Below are positions 8,766-17,371 of a DNA stretch of 64,000 bases, piece after piece. The notes under the pieces are model-generated. The model saw nothing but the letters and a program-made list of their open reading frames with translations. It was not told the origin of the DNA and searched no databases. The stretch comes from Candidatus Micrarchaeota archaeon (GTDB lineage Archaea; Micrarchaeota; Micrarchaeia; Micrarchaeales; Micrarchaeaceae): assembly GCA_021811605.1 (NCBI GenBank), contig JAJZNR010000024.1:37751-101750 (forward strand). Reading direction: 5' to 3'. The translations under genes and the position numbers were made by a program. Within the stretch, counting starts at the first letter, position 1; every line of letters begins with the position of its first letter.

Positions 8766-10961
8766 ATGGTAAGGAAAGAGACCGCAGTTGAAGAAATCAC
8801 GAAGATAATGGGAACCCTGGACCAGATAAGGAACGTCGCCATCATCGCGCACGTCCACCACGGCAAGACCACTCTCACCGACTCGCTTCTTGCCCGCGCC
8901 GGGCTCATATCGAAGCAGGTGGCTGGCGACGTGCTCTATACGAACTACGAGGCCATCGAAAAAGACAGGCGAATGACGATAAAGTCGGCAGCCATCTCTC
9001 TCGGATTCACATATCAAGGCAAGGACTACATAATCAACCTCATCGACACGCCCGGCCACGTCGACTTCGGAGGCCACGTGACCCGCTCCATGAGGGCGGT
9101 AGACGGCGTAATACTCGTTGTCGACCCGGTGGAGGGGATAATGCCGCAGACAGAGACGGTTCTCCGCCAGTCCATGAAGGAGAAGGCGAAGCCAATTCTG
9201 TTCATCAACAAGTCCGACAGGCTCCTTCTCGAGCTGAGGCTCACCCCGGAGCAGACGTTCGAGCGCCTGGCAAAGCTCATAGCCGACGTCAACAAGCTCA
9301 TAGAGCAGTATGCTCCCATAGAGTTCGCGCAGAAATGGAAGGTGAGCGTAGAGGCGAACAGCGTCGCAATCGGCAGCGCTGCGAAGAAGTGGGCGATATC
9401 CAAGAGGACGATGGAGACCCACAAGACCACGATGAAGGACATATTCGCGCTCACCGCGGTTGGCGACGAGAAGAAGCTTCAGGAAGTAGCTCCGATCGAC
9501 GAGACCGTGCTCAGCATGGTGGTCGAACACCTTCCGACACCGAAGGAGGCGCAGGTTTACAGGATACCGCACCTCTGGCATGGCGACCTGAACAGCACGG
9601 AGGGAAAGGCGATGACAAGCGTCGATGCAAAGGCACGGACGAACGGCGTAATATTTGGAATAACGTACGACCAGCACAGCGGCGAGGTCGCCATAGCGCG
9701 GATATTCTCCGGCCATGTTGAAAAGGGCAGCGAGGTATACGTCTCATCAAGGCCCGACAACGTCCAGCGCGTTCAGCAGGTAGGCGTGTTCATGGGTCCG
9801 GAAAGGGTGCTCGTGGACTCCATTCCTGCAGGAAACATCGCGGCGCTCATAGGGCTCAGGGACGCCAACGTAGGCGACACGATAAGCGAGGATAAGATAG
9901 AGCCATTCGAACAGATCACCCACTATTCAAAGCCGGTGGTCACCAAGGCCATAGAGGCGAAGGACACGAGAGACACAACGAAGCTCATCGAGGCGCTCAG
10001 AGAACTCTCGAAGGAAGACCCGACGATAGAGGTGCGGATAGACCAAGATACGGGGGAGCACCTGGTATCCGGAATGGGCGAGCTCCACCTGGAGATTATA
10101 GAGACGAAGCTCAAGGACGAGTTCAAGGTGCCTATAATATCGAGCGAACCGATCGTGGTCTACCAGGAAACGGTGCAGAAGAAGGTGGGCCCAATAGAAG
10201 GTAAGTCGCCCAACAAGCATAGCAAGTTCTACTGCATGATAGAGCCTCTTCCGGCGACCGTTGTCGAGGCGATAGACCAGGGCGTAATAAGAGAGGGCAA
10301 GCCAAAGGGGCAGCCTGCGATAGAGGCGATGATAAAGGCGGGGCTGGAAAGGCCGGTCGCAAAGGGCGTTGTCGATATCAGGAACAGGTGTATGCTCATA
10401 GACATGACAAAGGGGGTCCAGTACATGAACGAGGTCATGGAGCTGCTCATCGACGGGTTCGAAGAAGCGGTGAAGGACGGACCTCTTGCGCGCGAGAAGT
10501 GCAACGGTGTCATGATAAGCATAGTCGATGCTACGATACACGAAGACCCTGTGCACAGGGGACCCGCACAGATCATACCGGCGATGAGGAACGCGGTCTA
10601 CGCCGGAATGCTAACTGCAGGCGTGCTGCTCATGGAACCGAAACAGAACTTCACGGTAAACATACCACAGGACTACATGTCCGACATAATCACACTGCTC
10701 CAGGGAAAGAGGGGAGTAATCAACAACATAACGCAGGACAGGGAGCAGGTCTCGATAATAGCAAAGCTGCCCGTAGCCGAGGTGATAAAAGGATTCTCGA
10801 ACGACCTGAGAGGTGCCACACAGGGCAGGGCTATCTGGTACCAGGAGTTTGCTGGATACGAAAAACTCCCGACCGAACTGCAGAACAAGGTAGTCAGGGA
10901 GATAAGGAAGAGGAAAGGTCAGCCCGAGGAGCCTCCGAAGCCCGAACAGTTCATGGAGTGA
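8766..10961 (+). CDS. fusA: translation elongation factor aEF-2
   Basis: G1 motif 'AIIAHVHHGKTTL', 'DTPGHVDF', 'NKSDR'. The diphthamide region 'HEDPVHRGPAQ' is present. I chose the ATG at 8766; the listed ORF starts at GTG 8757. Confidence 0.95.
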   Translation: MVRKETAVEEITKIMGTLDQIRNVAIIAHVHHGKTTLTDSLLARAGLISKQVAGDVLYTNYEAIEKDRRMTIKSAAISLGFTYQGKDYIINLIDTPGHVDFGGHVTRSMRAVDGVILVVDPVEGIMPQTETVLRQSMKEKAKPILFINKSDRLLLELRLTPEQTFERLAKLIADVNKLIEQYAPIEFAQKWKVSVEANSVAIGSAAKKWAISKRTMETHKTTMKDIFALTAVGDEKKLQEVAPIDETVLSMVVEHLPTPKEAQVYRIPHLWHGDLNSTEGKAMTSVDAKARTNGVIFGITYDQHSGEVAIARIFSGHVEKGSEVYVSSRPDNVQRVQQVGVFMGPERVLVDSIPAGNIAALIGLRDANVGDTISEDKIEPFEQITHYSKPVVTKAIEAKDTRDTTKLIEALRELSKEDPTIEVRIDQDTGEHLVSGMGELHLEIIETKLKDEFKVPIISSEPIVVYQETVQKKVGPIEGKSPNKHSKFYCMIEPLPATVVEAIDQGVIREGKPKGQPAIEAMIKAGLERPVAKGVVDIRNRCMLIDMTKGVQYMNEVMELLIDGFEEAVKDGPLAREKCNGVMISIVDATIHEDPVHRGPAQIIPAMRNAVYAGMLTAGVLLMEPKQNFTVNIPQDYMSDIITLLQGKRGVINNITQDREQVSIIAKLPVAEVIKGFSNDLRGATQGRAIWYQEFAGYEKLPTELQNKVVREIRKRKGQPEEPPKPEQFME

Positions 10962-10972
10962 CGACCGCCTAT

Positions 10973-11002
10973 CCCAATCCCAATCTCAATCTCAATCTCA
11001 TT
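10973..11002 (+). repeat. imperfect hexanucleotide tandem repeat (CCCAAT x2, CTCAAT x2, CTCATT)
   Basis: Read directly from the sequence, beginning 12 nt after the EF-2 stop codon. A related CAATCA/CAACCG hexamer run lies at 11095-11124. Confidence 0.6.
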
Positions 11003-11055
11003 CCTCTACCTCTCTTCTACTATCATTAAATATCAGTCATGGCTGATAGTCCACT

Positions 11056-11496
11056 ATGTCAGGCCGTACAGCAGCAATGCCCAAACTCCAGGAGCAATCA
11101 CAATCACAACCGCAACCGAACCGGACAGAACACCTTCGGAGAAAAGAAAAGGTGTATCGCGGTCCCCGGAGAATAATGATGGGTTTCTGGGAGCTGCAGG
11201 ATTGGGTAATAAGGGAAGACAGGCGGGTTGTTGGTTACACCTATGCAAGATGGCACGAAAGCGAAAGAGTGCGTGAACTGGCAATAAGGTATCTCGTGGA
11301 AAAGAGGAAGATCGACCCGACCGGACTCACAAGGAAGATGCTAGAGGAGGCCGGGCTCATGCAGATGGTGAGAGCCTACTTCGACAACAGCGTTTACGTG
11401 GCTGTAGCCACAGCCTTTCACGGACGCGGAATCGCCCTGTCCGATATGTCCGATGCAGAAGACCGTGCGAGGCTAACAAATCAGAATAGCAAATAA
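11056..11496 (+). CDS. hypothetical protein
   Basis: 146-aa ORF whose start is uncertain. The N-terminus is encoded by a hexamer repeat (QSQSQPQP). No secure motif. Confidence 0.4.
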   Translation: MSGRTAAMPKLQEQSQSQPQPNRTEHLRRKEKVYRGPRRIMMGFWELQDWVIREDRRVVGYTYARWHESERVRELAIRYLVEKRKIDPTGLTRKMLEEAGLMQMVRAYFDNSVYVAVATAFHGRGIALSDMSDAEDRARLTNQNSK

Positions 11497-11618
11497 TTAT
11501 TGAGATTATTTTTATTTACGCGTCTTTTAAATATCAGAAGCGGCGCTGTCATATTGCCGCAGGGAACCGGACGAAGCATTTAAATAACCTGCCAACCACA
11601 ATAAAAAAGCGACCAGAC

Positions 11619-12467
11619 ATGATGCGACCAGAGACCGTATCACCACGAAGGGTAGATTCAAGAATACCTGCATCCAGTGCCCCAACACAGCGCCTGCGCG
11701 TTGTGGTCGGGAATCCAGCACCGGGTGTCATCGCCATTCCTCCAAGCTTTGAACTTGAACGCTTTGCTTCCTCGATAGTCATGGCGAACTCTGGCCTGTG
11801 CAACAGGAGCGATTCCCTGGTCGAAGCCTTCGTAGAGTCTACAGGGCAGATAACCACAAGCGCTTCCGGAGTAGCTGCCCTCACAGAGTTCCGGAACAGG
11901 GTTTTCTCAGAAGTAAACGGTTATCCCACCCCTGCAAATTTCCTGTCTTATGCTGACACGGTCCGTATGAATCTGAAGAAGGAACTCAACAACATAAGAA
12001 TAGCCAAGATACACAGGGACGAGTCCGACCTTGCCAGGAAAGACGACTCCCAAAAGAAGATACACGGGCAGAGGGCGCGCGATAAGGAGCGCATAGAGGT
12101 GCTCAATAACCTCCTTAGCATACTTAACACCGCAGAGAGGATAATGATATGGCAGAGGAACACGGCCGCGCTTGACGATTTCATTTCCAGACTCACTCTC
12201 AGGAGCGACAGGCATGAAGAGGAGGTGGTACGCCTTGGGGAATACGTTTTGGACAACAGGGCAGCCCAGGTGCCGACCCTGCGTTATATAATCAGTGAGG
12301 CGGAACGCGATCAGGTGCTGCTTGCGGCTGTGAAAGAGAAGTACCCCGATGCACAACTTACACCTGAATGGATTTCCCCAAACGCTAAACTCGCAATGAG
12401 TCCGGTCGATATAACGAACATGACGTTACTGGCTGAGCCGTTCACAGCCCACACCGATTTCGTATGA
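11619..12467 (+). CDS. hypothetical protein (start uncertain; Met55 at 11781 possible)
   Basis: 282-aa ORF. The C-terminal two thirds look helical and charged. The N-terminal 54 aa compete with antisense ORFs, so the true start is unclear. Confidence 0.4.
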   Translation: MMRPETVSPRRVDSRIPASSAPTQRLRVVVGNPAPGVIAIPPSFELERFASSIVMANSGLCNRSDSLVEAFVESTGQITTSASGVAALTEFRNRVFSEVNGYPTPANFLSYADTVRMNLKKELNNIRIAKIHRDESDLARKDDSQKKIHGQRARDKERIEVLNNLLSILNTAERIMIWQRNTAALDDFISRLTLRSDRHEEEVVRLGEYVLDNRAAQVPTLRYIISEAERDQVLLAAVKEKYPDAQLTPEWISPNAKLAMSPVDITNMTLLAEPFTAHTDFV

Positions 12468-12508
12468 AAGCGAATCAAAGTTCCGCTTTTCCATCCGTCG
12501 GAGCAAGC

Positions 12509-12516
12509 TTTAAAAA
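12509..12516 (+). promoter_or_regulatory. TATA-box-like element of the L7Ae operon
   Basis: TTTAAAAA lies about 82 nt upstream of the L7Ae ATG. This would place a transcription start near 12540, just 5' of the K-turn element. Confidence 0.4.
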
Positions 12517-12543
12517 GGCTTGCGGCTAAACATAATCTACCGA

Positions 12544-12582
12544 TTTCTTCTGATTGGGGTAACCCAAACCGGATGAAGGAAA
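12544..12582 (+). promoter_or_regulatory. K-turn (box C'/D'-like) RNA motif in the L7Ae 5' leader
   Basis: CUGA (12550-12553) is followed by the hairpin UUGGG-GUAA-CCCAA (12554-12567). Then come the bulge ACCG (12568-12571) and GAUGA (12572-12576). This allows tandem sheared pairs A53.G72 and G52.A73, then U51.U74, then C50-G75, U49-A76, U48-A77, C47-G78, U46.G79, U45-A80 and U44-A81. Confidence 0.6.
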
Positions 12583-12597
12583 CCGACGGTGTATAAC

Positions 12598-13077
12598 ATG
12601 GCAAAATCTTACGTCAACTTTCAGGTATCGCAGGAAGTGGTAGCGAAGACAATGGAGGCTTTGCAGCTCGCAAAGCAGAACGGCACAGTGAAGAAGGGTG
12701 CTAACGAAGTAACGAAGAGCGTCGAGAGGGGACTGGCAACGTTCGTGGTCATAGCCGAGGACGTTGAGCCCGAGGAAGTGGTAGTCCACATCCCGAAGCT
12801 CTGCGACCAGAAGAAGATAGCATATTCATATCTGCCCACAAAAGCGGACGTTGGCAAGGCAATAGGCATGAATGTGCCGTGCGCCGCAGTAGCTGTAGAG
12901 AATCAGGGCGGCGCTGCAAACGCGATAAAAGATGTTCTATCCAGGGTAACCGGCAAGAGCGCATCCTCGGAGAAGAAGGCAGAGGCGAAGCCGGCAGCAG
13001 CGCCTAAAGCGGAGAAGAAGGAGGCTCCAAAGAAGGCAGCCCCGGCGCCGAAGCCTGCGGAGGCTCCAAAGCAGTAA
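12598..13077 (+). CDS. rpl7ae: 50S ribosomal protein L7Ae (eL8) with Ala/Lys/Pro-rich C-terminal tail
   Basis: 'KKGANEVTKSVERGLATFVVIAEDVEPEEVVVHIPKLCDQKKIAYSYLPTKADVGKAIG' is the L7Ae core. A 39-aa tail follows ('SASSEKKAEAKPAAAPKAEKKEAPKKAAPAPKPAEAPKQ'). An ATG lies at 12598, with GGTG 6 nt upstream. Confidence 0.92.
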   Translation: MAKSYVNFQVSQEVVAKTMEALQLAKQNGTVKKGANEVTKSVERGLATFVVIAEDVEPEEVVVHIPKLCDQKKIAYSYLPTKADVGKAIGMNVPCAAVAVENQGGAANAIKDVLSRVTGKSASSEKKAEAKPAAAPKAEKKEAPKKAAPAPKPAEAPKQ

Positions 13078-13106
13078 TCGTAATATATTAGTGATGATTG
13101 ATTCCC

Positions 13107-13349
13107 ATGGCAGACGAGCAGAAAGCTGAAGCCCCGATGTTCGCGGGATTCCTCGCGGAGATAGTCGAGATAAAGGAAGGCATCAAGACAGGCATCTACG
13201 GAGAGATATACACGGTATCGTGCAGGATTCTCGAAGGCAAGGACAAAGGACGAATAATCAGGAGGAACATGCTCGGACCGGCGAAGACCGGAGACATAAT
13301 AAGGCTTCCGGACACAAGCCGTGAGGCAAGGGAGATAAAGGTAAAGTAA
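13107..13349 (+). CDS. rps28e: 30S ribosomal protein S28e
   Basis: 'AEIVEIKEGIKTGIYGEIYTVSCRILEGKDKGRIIRRNMLGPAKTGDIIRLPDTSREAREI' matches the S28e pattern. It is part of the conserved L7Ae-S28e-L24e cluster. Confidence 0.9.
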   Translation: MADEQKAEAPMFAGFLAEIVEIKEGIKTGIYGEIYTVSCRILEGKDKGRIIRRNMLGPAKTGDIIRLPDTSREAREIKVK

Positions 13350-13372
13350 GCAAGTAAGGAAAGGTGCTTTTA

Positions 13373-13582
13373 ATGAAGTGCACAAACTGCGCGCGTGAAA
13401 TCGAGAAAGGCACCGGTATCATGTACGTCTACAGGACCGGAGATATCTCGTATTACTGCTCGAACAAGTGCATGAACAACCAGCTCTTCCTGAAGAGGCG
13501 AACCAACAGGAAGCTCGTAGTACAACCTTCCAAGTCCACCAGGGAAAAGATAAAAACGGCAGCGACCGCCGTCAAGAAGTAA
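13373..13582 (+). CDS. rpl24e: 50S ribosomal protein L24e
   Basis: 'MKCTNCAREIEKGTGIMYVYRTGDISYYCSNKC' is the L24e zinc-ribbon pattern. The ATG is at 13373, with an AAGGAAAGGTG Shine-Dalgarno-like stretch upstream. Confidence 0.9.
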   Translation: MKCTNCAREIEKGTGIMYVYRTGDISYYCSNKCMNNQLFLKRRTNRKLVVQPSKSTREKIKTAATAVKK

Positions 13583-13630
13583 TCCCCCGATTTGGAGATA
13601 AGGAAACGTTAAACCTAGAATAGTGAGTCA

Positions 13631-14338
13631 ATGACAGCCAGACCAGTCAATGTTGGAAATACTGTATACAGGCCTGTTCCGTTTCCGCGGTCCGGGCAGG
13701 GCACGCAGAGGCCCATGCCATCTCCGGAGACGGTCCCCCAGAGAGATAGCCGAGCAATGGCGAGAATAGAAGCCAACACCCTTGCAGCCCCGCAGCCAAA
13801 ACCGCATGTATCGGTAACTTATGCGGATAGCGGGAATCCGAACCAGCAGAGGTTCGCGGCTTCCCTCATGCCGCTCGCCAGCATGTATCTCAACGACAAC
13901 GATGTGTATCACTCCGGCCGTCTGCAGCCTTATCAGCAGAACACGCTCGACACCGCAGTCCTCGCCGCGTTAAGGAGTTTTCCGTTTGACATACGCTGGA
14001 ATTCCGGCGCAAACATAGTCGACACGAACGACTCCCTCAGGGTGGATGTGGGCCTGAGGAAGGACGGCGAGCATTACACCGAATCCATATCGGCTCGCAT
14101 AGTTACGGGATGGGACGAGGCTAAGGGAAAGTACTTCCTGAATGTGAAGTTCCAGGACGGCATTGGGAAGCGGACCAAACCATCAAGATGGACCGGGGCT
14201 CTCGTAAACAACATAGAGTCGACAATCTATCTCACGGAAAAAGAATTGGTGTCGCTCCTTCCAGACCCAAGCCCAAAACCACAAAAGCTTGGCAGCGCCG
14301 TCGAAAGGATTTTGAGAGGATTCGGCTTCAAGGCATAA
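13631..14338 (+). CDS. hypothetical protein
   Basis: 235-aa ORF filling the gap between L24e and ftsZ. No motif recognised. The start could be a later Met. Confidence 0.45.
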   Translation: MTARPVNVGNTVYRPVPFPRSGQGTQRPMPSPETVPQRDSRAMARIEANTLAAPQPKPHVSVTYADSGNPNQQRFAASLMPLASMYLNDNDVYHSGRLQPYQQNTLDTAVLAALRSFPFDIRWNSGANIVDTNDSLRVDVGLRKDGEHYTESISARIVTGWDEAKGKYFLNVKFQDGIGKRTKPSRWTGALVNNIESTIYLTEKELVSLLPDPSPKPQKLGSAVERILRGFGFKA

Positions 14339-15436
14339 TCAGCGCTTCCTGGTGAGCTCTTCCTCGAACACTTCGTCGAGGTCGACCTCCTGCACCTGCT
14401 GTATCTTCTTGGCCAGGCCCCTATCCGTGTACTCGGGGAACTCAACGCCGCTTACGACCAGCATGACCCTCAGGGCATCCTTCTGCATGTCCGTGTCGAT
14501 TCGTGCGCCCCACTTCAGCAGCGCGTCGCCGCTTATGCGGCCTGCGACTTCCTGGAACACCGATTCCGCCTCGCGCAGGGTCAGGCTCTCTCCGCCTATT
14601 ATGTTGACAAGCGCCTTCTTCGCAGTGCCGAGATCCGCGTCGAGCATAGGGCTCTTCACCGCGTTCTCCAGCGCCACTACCGCGCGGCTTGTGCCGTTCG
14701 AAGTCGCCATCCCCTCGCCGGAGCCGATTACCGCGTATCCGGAGTCCTTCAACACGCTTCGCAGGTCTGCAAAGTCGATGTTAACCATGCCGGGTTTTGT
14801 AACCATCTCCACTATGCCTTTTGTTGCACCGGCAAGCACCTCGTCGCTTACACGGAACGCCATATTGAGCGGGAGATCCGGCGCAACGCTCAGTAGCTTA
14901 TCATTGTGGATTATTATCACGGTGTCGGTAACCTTCTTAAGCTTCGCAAGCCCCTCAAGGGCGTTCTTCATCCTGCTCTTTCCTTCGCTTGAGAACGGCA
15001 AGGTCACTATAGCAACGCACAGCGCGCCCGCATCCCTGGCTGACGCCGCGATTGTAGACACAGAACCAGTGCCAGTCCCTCCGCCGAGTCCGCACGTAAC
15101 GAATACAAGCTGGGCATCGCCAATCATGTGCTTTATCTCGTCCTTGCTTTCGATAGCTGCCTCTTCGCCGACCCTGATGTCGCTTCCAGCTCCCAGTCCC
15201 TTAGTGAGTTTCTTCCCGAGCAGAAGCTTCCTTTCGGACTTCGTCTTCACAAGATGGGGGGCATCGGTATTCATCGCGATGAGCGTAGCTCCCTGAACCC
15301 CTATGCTGGCAAGCCTCGTTATCGTGTTGCTTCCAGACCCTCCGGTGCCGACAACGTAAATCTTCGGCTTCGCGCTCTCTATAAAACGCAGTATCTCTTC
15401 GTCGTCTGGACTCAATCCAGCTACCGCCGCTGCCAT
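14339..15436 (-). CDS. ftsZ: cell division GTPase FtsZ (tubulin family)
   Basis: 'IYVVGTGGSGSNTITRL', 'MNTDAPHL', 'GLGAGSDIRVGEEAA' and the tubulin signature 'GLGGGTGTG'. Confidence 0.9.
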   Translation of the reverse strand: MAAAVAGLSPDDEEILRFIESAKPKIYVVGTGGSGSNTITRLASIGVQGATLIAMNTDAPHLVKTKSERKLLLGKKLTKGLGAGSDIRVGEEAAIESKDEIKHMIGDAQLVFVTCGLGGGTGTGSVSTIAASARDAGALCVAIVTLPFSSEGKSRMKNALEGLAKLKKVTDTVIIIHNDKLLSVAPDLPLNMAFRVSDEVLAGATKGIVEMVTKPGMVNIDFADLRSVLKDSGYAVIGSGEGMATSNGTSRAVVALENAVKSPMLDADLGTAKKALVNIIGGESLTLREAESVFQEVAGRISGDALLKWGARIDTDMQKDALRVMLVVSGVEFPEYTDRGLAKKIQQVQEVDLDEVFEEELTRKR

Positions 15437-15554
15437 GTAACTACCTGTGGTCGCACTCCATTATCGCAGCATAAAGATAAAAAGGGATATGCAGCTTCGG
15501 GGAAGCGTCTCTACCTCATTAATATATCTTTTGCACAAAGAATAATGCGATTGC

Positions 15555-16502
15555 ATGGCATCGAAGAAAGACATTATCGGCGAGAAGATCCGCGACGTCA
15601 AGCTCAAGAAGGGCATGAGGGTGAGCGAACTCTTCAAATCCATGGATAGGATAGGCGGCTTCTCAGCCCAGCACATGGTCGATGGCACAAGGATACTCGG
15701 AGACATGCTTTCTGACGACAAATCGTTCAACTTCCTGTCATTTCCTGCCGACATCGTTTCTACTGGTCTGCGCGGCGTCCTCGCAAGCGCGGTGAAGCAC
15801 TTCGACGCCATAATCACCACGTGCGGAACCTTCGATCATGACATAGCGAGGGCGGTGGGCGGTGTCTACAGCATGGGCACCTTCAACGTAGACGATCACA
15901 TGCTGCACAGGAAGGGCATATACCGGCTTGGCAACGTGTTCATAGAGCAGGACCAGTACGGCCTCACCGTGGAGAACGAGGTAACCAGGGTGCTCACAGA
16001 GATATACAATTCAAAGGAGTACAAGAAAGAGTACAGCGCAAGCGAATTGGCATGGGAGTTCGGCAAGCGGATCAAGGACGAAGGCTCGATTCTGAGGCAG
16101 GCATACCTGCACGATGTCCCCATCTATGCGCCAGGCATACTAGACGGCGCGTTCGGCACCCAGTTGGTCCTGTTCTCGCAGAATCACGACTTCAAGCTCA
16201 ACCTCATAAAGGACGAGCTCGCCCTGAGCAACATACCCTTCGACAACAAGGTGACCGGCGCGCTCATGATAGGTGGAGGAATCAGCAAGCACCACGTAAT
16301 CTGGTGGAACCAGTTCAAGGGCGGCCTGGACTACGCAGTCTACATAACGACTGCATCGCAGTACGACGGCAGCCTATCCGGGGCCAGGCTCACCGAAGCG
16401 GTGTCGTGGGGCAAGGTGAAGGAGAAGGCGAAGTACACCACGGTAGACGGCGACGCCACGATAATACTACCGTTCATGCTCTCCGCGCTTGATGTGGTCT
16501 GA
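15555..16502 (+). CDS. dys: deoxyhypusine synthase
   Basis: 'LSFPADIVSTGLRGVLASAVKHFDAIITTCGTFDHD', 'GGGISKHHVIWWNQF' and 'DGSLSGARLTEAVSWGK' are characteristic DHS motifs, including the catalytic Lys region. Confidence 0.92.
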   Translation: MASKKDIIGEKIRDVKLKKGMRVSELFKSMDRIGGFSAQHMVDGTRILGDMLSDDKSFNFLSFPADIVSTGLRGVLASAVKHFDAIITTCGTFDHDIARAVGGVYSMGTFNVDDHMLHRKGIYRLGNVFIEQDQYGLTVENEVTRVLTEIYNSKEYKKEYSASELAWEFGKRIKDEGSILRQAYLHDVPIYAPGILDGAFGTQLVLFSQNHDFKLNLIKDELALSNIPFDNKVTGALMIGGGISKHHVIWWNQFKGGLDYAVYITTASQYDGSLSGARLTEAVSWGKVKEKAKYTTVDGDATIILPFMLSALDVV

Positions 16503-17371
16503 TGGAAAACGATGAATCTGTGGAACTTTCCACGAGCATAGATATACCAGGCGAGGTACAGACCGGACTTGTCCTAGTGCAGAACAGGCTGCGTAAGCTT
16601 GCGGCTACAGAGTTCGTCACCGCAGAGCTTCATGAATCAGTAATGTACATACTCAAGAACCAGGGCAAGATGATACGGCCAGGCCTGATGTTCAGCGTAG
16701 CCAAGATGTTGGGACAGAACCCCGAGAAGTTCGTCGACCTTGCTTCTGCTATAGAGCTTCTCCACATCTCATCGCTTGTACATGACGACATACTGGACGG
16801 GGACGCGGTGCGCCGTGGGCAGGACGCGGTGCACGTGAAATATGGCCAAGACCGGGCGATCCTTGTGGGCGACGCCCTTATCGCAAAGGCGATAAAGATG
16901 GCGAGCCCGTATGGCGGAGATGTAGTCAGCAGGGCTTCGGACGCCGCGATGAACATGTGCGCCGGAGAGCTTCTGGACTACAACCATCAGATATCCGGCG
17001 CGTCTGTAGACCTCCATACCTATCTGAAGATCGCGGAGCTGAAGACCGCATCGCTCATAGCCACTTCCACGAGCATAGTCGCCGATTATCTCGGAGACGC
17101 ATCGACAGATACGCTCTACAAGGTGGGCACTAACATGGGGATGTCTTTCCAGATACGAGACGACATAATGAACCACATGGGCGATAAGACAGACGCGAAT
17201 AACTCGAGGCCGAACATAGTGAGCGTATTCGGGGGCCACGGAAAGCCGAACCCGATGAAGACTGCGGTAAAGCTCAACAATTTCTACATAGACAGTGCTG
17301 CTCTGCTTCTCGACCAGGTGAAGAATGCGGATGTGTTGGAGAATTATCTTCAGTTCCTGAAGATCGAGTAA
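16502..17371 (+). CDS. trans-polyprenyl diphosphate synthase (GGPP synthase family)
   Basis: The first Asp-rich motif 'LVHDDILD' is canonical. The second-motif region reads 'FQIRDDIMNHMGD', which is DDxxN rather than DDxxD. The start overlaps the dys stop. Confidence 0.85.
   Translation: MENDESVELSTSIDIPGEVQTGLVLVQNRLRKLAATEFVTAELHESVMYILKNQGKMIRPGLMFSVAKMLGQNPEKFVDLASAIELLHISSLVHDDILDGDAVRRGQDAVHVKYGQDRAILVGDALIAKAIKMASPYGGDVVSRASDAAMNMCAGELLDYNHQISGASVDLHTYLKIAELKTASLIATSTSIVADYLGDASTDTLYKVGTNMGMSFQIRDDIMNHMGDKTDANNSRPNIVSVFGGHGKPNPMKTAVKLNNFYIDSAALLLDQVKNADVLENYLQFLKIE

Noticed and set aside
8748-9716. 322-aa minus-strand ORF overlapping the 5' third of aEF-2
   Set aside because: It is antisense to a universally conserved gene with all GTPase motifs in the plus frame, and its translation has no recognisable motif.
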